Shown here: piece after piece, positions 12,401-24,400 of the stretch
How positions within the stretch are numbered: position 1 is the first letter of the stretch
How the letters are laid out: every line of letters starts with the position of its first letter
Source: Lytechinus pictus
Lineage: Eukaryota
DNA length: 64,000 bases
Direction: 5' to 3'
Assembly: GCF_037042905.1 (NCBI RefSeq)
Contig: NC_087251.1
Span: forward strand, 40,302,001-40,366,000
Notes under the pieces: generated by a model
Seen by the model: the letters and a program-made list of their open reading frames with translations, nothing else
Database searches by the model: none
Told to the model about the DNA's origin: nothing
Program-made: the position numbers and the translations under genes

Positions 12401-15400
12401 TTGATTTTCAAGCCAAGGACTGAAAATCATGTGATTGATAAAAAAAACTACATTTCTTTTTGTTTGTTTAAACCTCCTTAGGTATTTGAGCCATGGTTGG
12501 AGGTTTTTGATTGTTTAAAGCATTGATTTACAAAGCTGTGACTTATTGGGAAAAAGTTGCAAGTTTATTTGAATTATTTCTTTTAGTACAATAAACCTGG
12601 AGTTGTACATTGTACATGTACATGTTTCAATGGAAGTGATTTAAATCAATGTTTAAAAAAAAAATCATAGTGAAAGTGGAGTAGGGGGCTAAGTGTTAAC
12701 AGCTTATGAAGGATTTATTCATGTTTTGATGACATAAAGTTGATAAATCTTTCTATTTTGAGTAAAATAAAAATAAAACTGCCACAAATAAAAATATTGT
12801 CAATCAATTGTACATGTTTCAATGGAAGTGATTAAAATCAATGATTAAAAAAAAATTAAAAAAGTGAAAGTGGAGTAGGGGCCTAAATGTTAAACCGTTT
12901 ATAGGCTACATTGCAATAAGATTGATAAAATCATTATATTTTGAGTAAAAAAAAAAAAATGCCACAAATGAAAAAAACTTTTAATCAGTTGTACACATTT
13001 CAATGAATGTGACTTAAATCAATGATTAAAAAAAATCATAGTGATTTCAATGGCGATTTAAATCATGATTTAAATCAACGTGATTTAAATCAACCAACCC
13101 TTATTATTCTGTATTTTATTATGTGAAGTTATTTTTTTACTGATTTAGTGTGTAAGATAATCATTGTTGAAACTTATGTTACAAGGGAGACATGTTTTTG
13201 CACACACGTGTAAAAATTATGAAGTAATTTTCATATGAAGTAATAAACTAAGAAAAAGAAAAGTGGGGACATGACAGCATCAGTTTACTATTGCATGATA
13301 TTAGTAAATATTTTCCAAATATTGCTGAACTTTTCAATAAATTATTTTTCATCAGGTTTGATGAAATTTACAGTGTTTTGCTCATTTAATTTGGTATAAT
13401 TTTTCAGGTATTAATTTTAGTGTACTGGATTTTTTTTAATCGAAAAATTATAAAAAATTCAATTAATGCGCATATGTATTTTGGCTTTTAACTCTATAAA
13501 GACTTGGCTATGTTGACGCTGAAGAAGAGGGGGGGAGGGGTTGTTACGATCTTGGTTGTCTACCACACGACCCGTGACGCGAATCGGCATGCATTTTAGT
13601 ATTACCCATGGCATAATCTACAAAAATGTTGGATCAACTTCTTCAGAAAAAACCTTTTTCCTATTTGTGCTAATTTATGCATAAAATAAGAAAAAGTTCG
13701 AATTCATTTAATAAGGCCCCCTAACTGTAATTGAATATCACAATTTTGTCTTTAATATGTATTTTATTGTTTCAAAAATTTCCTATGTATTCTGTATTTA
13801 TCAACTTTCTGTTTATTATTTTTTCATGGCAAATCTATTTTGACCATAAACAAGATGAAGTCAGTTGAGTTTAATCAAATTTAGAAATGATAATACATAA
13901 ATTTGGCTAAAACTCAAAATGCATTTGATTTGTACACAAATTCACCTTTTTGAGCAAGTTTGGTTGATTGGTTCTGACATTCACTTACAAATGTGTTTTC
14001 AAAAGTTGCAAAACTTGAAAGAAAAAAGTCATGGCACATTGCACTGTCAGCTTTTGTGTTACATATTTATTGCAAAAAATGATTTTAAAAATGTCTCTAG
14101 GTTTATTCACATTAAAGGAGAATGAAACTCTTGGAGCAAATTAGCTTTTGTGAAAGCAGAAAAATCAAAGAATAAGATCAACAAAACTTTGAGAAAAATA
14201 GGACTAGCAATAAAAGAGTTATGAGCATTTGAATGTCGAGATCACTAATGCTATGGAGATCCTCCCATTGGCAATGCGACCAAGATCTGTGATGTCACAC
14301 ACGTACAACTCTCCCATTTGGACACTGAAAATATACCCCAAAACATCTCTTTTTGCTCATTCTAATCATATGACAAACGATTCATCAATGATATAATGTT
14401 GTGAAACCTCTGTACTTGTCATCTCATAAAGAGAACACCTCATCCACCTTGTGATAGACTCTATAAAAGTGAGAATATAAGTGAAATAAGTACTAAAGTA
14501 ATGAGGGAGTTGTACGTGTGTGATATCACAGATCTTGGTCGCATTGCCGTTGGGAGGATCTACATGGCACTAGTGATCTCAATATTCGAATGCTCATAAC
14601 TTTCTTATTATTCATTCAATCTTCCTCAAACTTTCAACAATATGTTTCTTTGATTTTTCTCTTTGATATGGATTCAGCTGGTTTCAAGGGTTTCATTCTC
14701 CTTTAAGCATAATATCTCATACATACATTTTTATTGTAAAGTAAAGCTGCTACTGCATCATCACAATACTTATTTTGCAAAATGTCTTAATCTTCATTAT
14801 TTTACATAATTTTATTTTAATAGTAAAATCAATGATGCAGTTTGTTGAGGTCCAAGCATGTTTAGTTTCCAATTATATCACCTATTTCATAGTTTGTTCA
14901 CTAGTTTGAAGTTGACCTTGTCACTTTGATTTTTTTACGAACATAACACAACATGCTTTTGTTTTTTAATGATTTGTTTCTTTAGAGCAAATGTTCAATC
15001 TGACCATGCTGGACCGAGTGGGAGTCATCATGATCAAGCCCATCGTATTACAGGTATAGTATTTCAATTGGTATTACTCATTTTTGTCTCGCCTGCATAG
15101 CAGAGCTAGACTATAGGCGCCGCTTTTCCGACGGTGGCGGCTTCAACATCAAATCTTAACCTAAGTTTAAGTTTTTGAAATGACATCATAACTTAGAAAG
15201 TATATGGACATAAGGGTAATCAAGTATTACTGAACATCCTGTGTGAGTTTCAGGTCACATGATCAAGGTAAATGGTCATTTAGGGTCAACGAACTTGACC
15301 ATGTTCGATCAATATTGAAATCTTAACCTAAGGTTAAGTTTTTTGAAATGTCGTCATAACTATGTGGACCTAGCTCATGAAACTTACACATAAGGATAAT

Positions 15401-18400
15401 GAAGTATTGCTGAACATCCTCTATGAGTTTCAGGTCACATGACCAAGGTCAAAGGTCATTTAGGGTAAAAGAACTTTGGGCATCTTAGAGGTATTTGTTG
15501 CATTTCCATCGTAACTTTAAATTGTATGGAGCTAGTTCATAAAACTTGAACATAAGTGTAATCAAGTATCACTGAACATCCGGTGCGAGTTTCAGGTCAC
15601 ATGACCAAGGTCAAAGGTCATTAAGTTCAATGTACTTTGGCCAAGTTGGGGGTATTTGTTGAATTACCATTATAACTTTGAATGTTTATGGATCTAGTTT
15701 TTAATACTTAGACATACATGTAAGAGTGATCAAGTATCACTGAACATTCTGTGTGAGTTTCAGGTCACATGACCAAGGTCAAAGGTCATTTAGGGTCACT
15801 GAACTTTGGTCATGTTGGGGGTATTTGTTGAATTGGCATCATAACTTAGAAAGTTTATGGATCTAGTTCATGAAGCAGAGACATACGGGTAATCAAGTAT
15901 AAATGATTGTTTTGCACACATCTTAGATCACATGAACATGGTCAAACATACCTGCAAAGATGCTCAAATAGTGAACAACCTATGACTTCTCTATTGTACC
16001 AATACCTAGTATCTATGTTGGGATTAATGAATACTTTGGCCTCGTTGACTTTTTAAATGACTGCATAGATCTGCTTTTATTATCTGACATCTTACTCTCT
16101 ATTTTGTTTTGTGTGTAATAAAGGTTTGGAAACCCTGCTGTCTGGACCCATTAAACAGGAAGCGCATTCCATGACCTCGGTAGAGCAAGATCCGTACGGA
16201 TCCCCTTTTAAAAGGTAACTTTTACATGTACCTCATCAGGGTGCTACATAACTTTTTAGAAGCGCCTGCCTCGTCGGGCAAGTAAATATTTAAATAGTTG
16301 GAATATACTTGCCCAAAAATCTATTTGACTTGCCCGAAAAAATCCTTGAAAAAAAAGTTTTACCTCTCCAAAAGAAAGCTTTGCAAATTTATAAATCATT
16401 GACCTTTTTCTCTCTTTTGACATGAACTGATCTACCTTGTTATTGCATTTCTTTTTCCAAAGTGATTTTATCTTGCCTACCATGACCAAAATTAGGGTCA
16501 ATATCATATCATATTGACCCTAATTTTGGTCATTCTACTTTGAGAATTTTGCTTTCTACTGTGTGAATTTTGCTTGCCCAATTCGGGCAAGTAGTTTTGG
16601 TCTTTACTTCAAAACGCTTGCCCGACTCTAACTTTTACTTGCCCCGGGCCATCGGGCAAGTGCTTATGTAGCATCCTGACCCCATGTTTTTACGATTAGT
16701 GAGTGATGTGAATGTTTACTGCCCCGCTGCAACTGTGAAAATTAAATGCAACTTCATTTACAACTAGGGCTGAGTCGAAACGTTTAAACGCTGTTCAAAC
16801 GACCGGTAAAAGTATGAAGGTTTTCCTGTTTTGACATGTTGATTAAATTTCTCATTTCACATTTTACAGCTGAGAAATGTTTATCTTTTTCCCATATTTC
16901 CTTGAAATAATTTTAATTTAGTTGGAAACTATCAAGAAAATGAATAATATTCCCTTCTTTCTTGACTCTGAAAGATCATACTTTTAGTTGATGTCACCCT
17001 AGATCAACTATCATGAAAGACTGCGTGTGAGACCACAATAAAAAATATGCCAAATTTTGGCTATACAAATCACAAGATTCTGATTTATAGACCTAAGCTT
17101 ACATTTTATACCAATGGATAAGCCAAGAATAAGTCTTTGAACCATTGATATTGAATCTATTTATGTATTTTGGCTCATTTCCTCGACTTGAAAAAAAATT
17201 GTATCACTCTGAAACAGTCAAGAATGAAGTTTTGCTTTACCCATAATGCACTACAAATCAATCATGAAGTTCAATATCAATGATTCAATGACTTTTTATT
17301 GGCTTATCCACTGGCACAAAATGTAAGTTTAGTTCTTTAGATTCTCTATTTAATAGATTCTTGTAATTTGTTTTTCCTGAATTTGGCATGTTTTTATTGT
17401 GATCCCACATGTAGACATGTAAGTTGATCTAGTGTGACATCAACTGCCAAGTACGATCTTTCAGAGTCAAGAAGGAAATATTCTTCATTTTCATGATAGT
17501 TTCCAACTAATTCAAATTATTTCCAGGGAAATCTTGAAAATTGAAGGGCATTTCATGGATGTAAAGATATGAAATGTGACATTTCAGTAACTGTTGGGGA
17601 AGTTGTTAATGTTTTTTTTGCGTTTGAACGTTTTTCAAATAAATGTAATGACTCAGTCCTATAAAAAGCATGCATTAGGGAGTTGCACTTGATTTTTTTG
17701 AGCTGCATTTAAAGTTATGCATTTCTTCCAGCAAGGGGCCCATGGTCTCATAATCAGATAAAAAGTGTTCAAATATGTATATCGATGTTAGAGTGGATAA
17801 GGCATTAATCATTAACGTGATGTCCCCCTTAGATGTCTCAATGTCTGAGTAATGTTCCTTACAGTCTAATGAGATGGGCAATTTACTTATTGGCCTGTAT
17901 CATTATAATCCCGGTGCATGTGCTCCACCATTTTGTTCTGTTTGCGACTAATGAATATAGAGGGCATCAACACTTTGCAGCATTTGCGATCCAAACAGAG
18001 CAAAAAAAAAACGATACTGACCAATAATATCAAGCCAGAAAATTGAAAAATCCCGCTTTGTGCTATTATATAGCATCGTGAAAGTCTCAGATCTAGATAA
18101 GGAAATGAAGGTCTTAAATTGGTTAATATTATCAGTCTTTGGTGATTTTCTTAATTTCTTTGGTCGGTGCACTGGTCTGTACAGATTTGCACAGTGACCA
18201 CCTGGTTCAACTCAGGCTTAATTAGGACAATTTGAGTACGCTTGACTTTGTACCTTCAATTTTTTGTTTAACTGTTACAGGGCTGCTCAGCAACTTAACC
18301 AGTGTCCTCAAAATTACAACATGGAACAAAGGAAGAATGATATCAATGAAATTAGTGTGAAAAGCAGTTTCCTCAAGTCTGTAATTGCAGCAGATTCATC

Positions 18401-21400
18401 TTTTGCAGCGCCTGCATTTCGGTCTAATGCATCAACATCCAGACAACAGGCAGAAGATCAGGAAGACAGACCTAGAGGATCCAGCTTCAAGAACACCTTC
18501 TTGCAAGCAATTGTGGCTGCAGAACCATCCCCGTCTGATGCACTTGGTTCAATGAAACATCAAAGCCAGCCGCGGAATGTGGATCCTGGTATGGAGTTCA
18601 CAAATTGTTACGACCCCAGTGACATTACAAATAGATATGAAGGAAACAAAGAAAAGGTTGGAGACATCACAAGAATATTTGGAGGACAGGGAGATGGGTT
18701 TGAGAATGATAATGGGATGGATATGACCACATGCATGGGAGGTTTTGAGACAATGCAGAAGAAGCTTGAAAGGCCAGCAGCAGAATCGACAAGAATTTTC
18801 GATGCTGAGAACACAAACAAAATGGAACTGACAGAGTGCCTCAAGGGATTTGGAGGAATTTCATGTAGCACTAACAAATCCCTTGGAAGGACTTTGAATC
18901 AAACAGGAAACAATTTGAATTTTACTCAGGTGTTTGGTAAAATGTCAGAAAGTGATTATGCCGACATGCCCCATGAATCCACCGCAAGACTCCTCCAGAG
19001 AATTGACGATGCTATTGCTGGAAGCGATTGTAGTGGGGCCGAAACAACAGGGGTAGATAATAGCAAAACTGGCCACATGAATGTTTTGCACAGCACAAGA
19101 AATAATACTCAAAAGTCCATAGCCCTGGACACAATTCAAGAGGTTTCTTCATCCACAGTATCGATGTTAAATTCAACCTGTAGGGATAAATCAGCAGTGT
19201 CTGCATCCTCTGTACTTGAAGCCTGCACGGAAGATGATGAAATGGATATAACCACTTGCAGTAATTACACAAAAGACATCAGGATCAGGTCAGCTCAAGA
19301 AGAGATGTACAGGTCACTTGATAAAAATGAAGTGATGTGTGGCGTTGGCAATTCAGTATCTGCTGTAAAACCAAAGGTGGTGGTTTCATCTTCTGTTGTG
19401 GCAAAAGGAAGCGGTGGAGACCATACCAGAGTGCTTGACCAAGCCGCAGATGATTCAGCTGAAATGGAAATGACCTGCGCCATTACCCAGCCCCTAATCA
19501 AAGGTAATGAGGTAAAAGAAGAGCTTCCAAGGGCTCCAGCATTGTCAGATGAAGACAGAACTAGAGTTTTTACCTCAGAGGATACTGCCATGATGGAAAT
19601 GACATGTGTGGTGAGTGGAGCAAGTAGGTCAGCATTAAATATTGAGAGTGTCCATCAACAAAAAATGATACCTTCGTCAGTCGCAAGCAAAGTAGTGTCC
19701 CACACTCATTATGCAAAAGATGCCAATGACTCAGATGATATGGAAATGACCTGTGCCATAAATCAAACACTGATGACAGGTAGTCAGGCCAAGGGACAAC
19801 TCCCACAATTAACAGTCGTAGATGATAAAGACACAACCAGAGTATTTAACTCTGATGACACTGCAGCGATGGAGATGACTTGTGCCATGAATCAACCTGT
19901 TATCATAGGCAGTCAGTCAAGAGGGAAACCTCAAACCCTACAAGCAACTTCTAATGAAGACAAGACCAGAGTATTTAACTCTGATGACACTGCAGCAATG
20001 GAGATGACTTGTGCCATGAATCAACCTGTTATCATAGGCAGTCAGTCAAGAGGGAAACCTCAAACCCTACAAGCAACTTCTAATGTAGACAAGACCAGAG
20101 TATTTAACTCGGATGACACTGCAGCAATGGAGATGACTTGTGCCATGAACCAACCTGTTATCATAGGCAGTCAGTCAAGAGGAAAACCTCAAACCCTACA
20201 AGCAACTTCTAATGAAGACAAGACCAGAGTATTTAACTCTGATGACACTGCAGCAATGGAGATGACTTGTGTCATGAATCAACCTGTAATCATAGGCAGT
20301 CAGTCAAGAGGGAAACCTCAAATCCTACAAGCAACTTCTAATGAAGACAAGACCAGAGTATTTAACTCTGATGACACTGCAGCAATGGAGATGACTTGTG
20401 CCATGAATCAACCTGTTATCATAGGCAGTCAGTCAAGAGGAAAACCTCAAACCCTACAAGCAACTTCTAATGTAGACAAGACCAGAGTATTTAACTCTGA
20501 TGACACTGCAGCAATGGAGATGACTTGTGCCATGAATCAACCTGTTATCATAGGCAGTCAGTCGAGAGGGAAACCTCAAATCCTACAAGCAACTTCTAAT
20601 GAAGACAAGACCAGAGTATTTAACTCCGATGACACCGCAGCAATGGAGATGACTTGTGCCATGAATCAACCTGTTATCATAGGCAGTCAATCAAGAGGGA
20701 AACCTCAAATCCTACAAGCAACTTCCAATGAAGACAAGACCAGAGTATTTAACTCTGATGACACTGCAGCAATGGAGATGACTTGTGCCATGAGTGGAGT
20801 GAACACCTCAGCATTTTCCTTTAGGAATAAGCACCAAAGCAAAATACTGTCCTCAGCAGGGCTCTCTTCTTCAGGAAGAGAGCATGCTTCATCTTTTGCA
20901 TCAGGTTTGACTCACCTTGTGGACAATGATACAAATAAGGCCACTGAAGACACTACAACATGCTTTGAAAACACTACTTACTTGAGAAAACTACCAGAAG
21001 GACTGGCTTATCAGATGAGGACAAGGAAGGGAAAGCAAGGCATGGACATCTTGCAGAATGATGACACTGCGTGCATGGAAATGACTGAATGTGTAAGTGC
21101 ACCTCCAAGTATTTTCTCTTCAGAAAACGCAGATCTTCCTACAAATAAAGAACATGGAACGTCTCAACCAAAGATGATGAGGCAGCAGGACTATGAGAAT
21201 ACAAAGATATATGATGACGAGAACACTGGACACATGGAGATGACAACATGTATAGATGCACTTCCGTCAACGAAGATTAAGGGTAAGGCGTGTAGAGATG
21301 ATCAAACGCATGTTTTCAATAATGAGGATACTGCAAACATGGAAATGACATGTGTTGGGGTTGTCTTACCCCCGCTGTCAAAAGCAAAAAAGATTCCTAA

Positions 21401-24400
21401 AAATATTTCTGAGGAGCCAACACATATTTCTCAGTCTGAAGATCCTTCTACAAACATGGAATCGACAGCATGTGTGCTTTCCGGGAATTCAACATTAACC
21501 GTAAATGCACATGCAGGCAGACCTGTAAACTCTGATGTACTGGGTAAAACACTTCTTTTCAGCCAATCAACATGTGATGACACAGGAAAGAATCAGACCC
21601 AGTCTGAGACTTCGGATGTTGCATTCCCAAGAATGAAAGTTGAGCAAATGATTCTACCGCAATTTTCTACCGAATCAGAAATGAAGAAAACCCAACAAAC
21701 CACACAGGTTATTGATGTCAGCGCCGTGATCAATACTGAACAGTCTTTGAGAGATACAGATGATTTCAAGATTCAAGAAAAGAATGCTGCTGGAGAGGAA
21801 ATCCATCAGAAAGATGGTGAGATAAATATCAGTGGTGACATCCCTCATGACAAGACATCAGATACGTATACTCTAACTCACCCCGCTCTCCAACAGGATG
21901 AGGACAATCAGCTAGGAGAAGAACTAGCTGCACAGGAAAAGCTCCAACAGGGTCGCAACTTGGACACTTTCACCATCAATAACTCCTCTGTGACAGGGTC
22001 TGGGAAAAGGAAACTGAGTTCACTTACAGAGGGAATGTCACAAAGATCTACATCTGCTTCCAGTGAGGAAGGCAAGTCCAAGGCTAATGAAGAGGGGTCT
22101 TCTAGTTCACCTGACTCAGAATCACACGCATCATTTGTTTTGAAGGACAGTATCATCTTGCCAGACTGGATTGATGCAGAAGATGAGAAAGGAATTTTGG
22201 ATGAACTGCCCATTGATAATGACAACACTGAAGATTTGTGCATGACTTCAAACAAGAGGCAGAGAATTGATGATGGTAAGCTGGCTTTCTTGAATAGATA
22301 GGTTTTTAATGAATAATTTTTGTCTCGCATGAATGAACTTAGATTATGTTGGGGGAATCAAAACAAAATATTAACTGAGGTTATTTTTTTTAATGTCAAA
22401 ACTTGAAAGTATATGGATCTAGTTCATGAGACTTGGACATAAGTGTAATGTTATATAAATCAAGTATCAGTGAATATCCTGCATGAGTTTCAGGTCACAT
22501 GACCAAGGTAAAAAGTCATTTAAGGTCAATGAACTTGGCCATCATTATTTGAAAGTATATGGATATAGTTTTTGAAATGTGGACATAGTCGTAATCAAGT
22601 ATCACTGATCATCTTGCACAAGTCTTAGGTCACATGATCAAGGTCAAATGTCATTTAGGGTCAATGAATGTAGTATTTATTATCATGTGAATGTGGTTTT
22701 CTTTTTGGAATAATCATTTTATAGTATTTTTCAAGGTCGGTACTGCTGCTACATGTATATTGAATTGCGTAATGCAATGATACGAAATATGGCTAATTTC
22801 ACATCCTAAGCAAATTTGATTTTTTTTTTCTCATGATTAAGGATTGATCAAAAATTTAATTTTGGAACACTTTCAGTCATAAAAATAAAATGTACAGAAT
22901 GGAATACTGTACATAAGAAATTTACAAAACATTGAATAGCAAAAGAAAGTTTGACCCTTTTTCATAAAATTTTCACCAAATCTGTGCAAAAGATTTGATG
23001 ATAATACACCTAGTTTTAGTGAAGTAATAATTATATCAACAGATATACATGCATCTATTCATTGTTTTATTTTATAGAATAAATGTACAAAGAATTGCCT
23101 TACCCATGATTCTACATAGTGATATTTTGTTACAAGTATCCTGTCAAATTAAACCTATCAATTAAAATAAAAATCTATTTGGAATAGGGTCAGCACATAA
23201 ACAAGTGACTACTATACTAATTCACTATTGGTTACATCTCTGAACCTGTTGTATAAAAATGCAATATATCCTGCCTCAGAAGTTACTTTTCATTTTCAAG
23301 TATAAATTTGTTTTGATTTAGCAGCCGAATAATATCAGCTTTTGATTTAAATTCATTTATTGACAGCTGTCTTCACATCGTCTTACATGGATGCATCCCA
23401 TTTGACCTCTAACCTATCCCATCTGCCCTTGTCATCGGAGAGGGGTTCAACATCAGTGGAAGACTTCCTCCAAATGTTATTCAAGTTCAACGACCTTCCT
23501 ATGGGCAAACGTAGTGTGATGTGTCCCACCAAGGCAAGTACCGAATAATGAAAGACGTTACTTGGCAAACTGTGTACGATTTCAAAAGTATAATTTATTT
23601 CATACTGATTATACGCACATGCAACCCAAATGAATTAAAAAGAATGATTCATTGAAGGATGTATAGTAATAATAAATAATTTAGGATTTGTACAGCGCAC
23701 GTATCCACCTTGCTAGGTGCTCAAGGCACTCCAATGTTACCCCGGCTAAGCTAGTCTACTGATTCCGGTGCGCACAGCTTTTTTGAGGAATTACTTGCTG
23801 CCAGTACCCAGCACAATAATAATAATACATATGATTTATATAACATCTTTTCCATTTTGATTTAATGCTCGAGGCGCTTAGAAGAGAGCAAAATATAAAA
23901 GTAAAGAGAACTTAGAGAAGTACAAGAAAGGGTAAATAACAAATGAGGAAAATTTTCTGTCTTCAAACCTAGTACCTGCTGGTGAACAAATGCAATTTTA
24001 GGTTACCCTAATAGGGATAAATTTCTTGCTGAAGGAAAACACGCCATGGCTTGGAATCGAACCCACGTCCTTCAGATTGAAAGACAAGTATCTTGACCAT
24101 GAAACCACGACGCCCCCACATTTATACTAGTATAAAGATGAAAAAATATATACAAGAAAATGTCATAACTTTATTATTCTACATCTGATTTTGAAGAAAT
24201 CGTAAGTGTTATGCTTGTTGGATTTTTTTCCCTTTTTATTCAAATCAACTTTTTGATGGGGTGGACTTGTCCTTTAAGATCATAAGGGGGAGCTGAATTA
24301 GCCCCCTGTCTACTTGGGCGTCAAAGTAGCCCAGTCTTTTTAGGGTTAACTCATTCTTGTTGGGGTGGACTAGGTCTTTGATGTTTGTAGTTGACTCCAA

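Noticed and set aside
19836..20793. 129-bp array as a CRISPR array or non-coding satellite
   Set aside because: The whole unit repeats, is a multiple of 3, and is in frame within KNL1.
18264..22301. 1345-aa ORF as a stand-alone gene
   Set aside because: The ORF start is a TTG within a polypyrimidine tract. It is an internal exon bounded by splice sites at 18281 and 22275.
18608..22330. Minus-strand ORFs of 64-140 aa over the giant exon
   Set aside because: They are antisense shadows of the coding exon with no recognisable motifs.
24040..24118. tRNA gene
   Set aside because: A and B boxes are present, but the sequence continues into a SINE body repeated elsewhere, and I could not fold a full cloverleaf.
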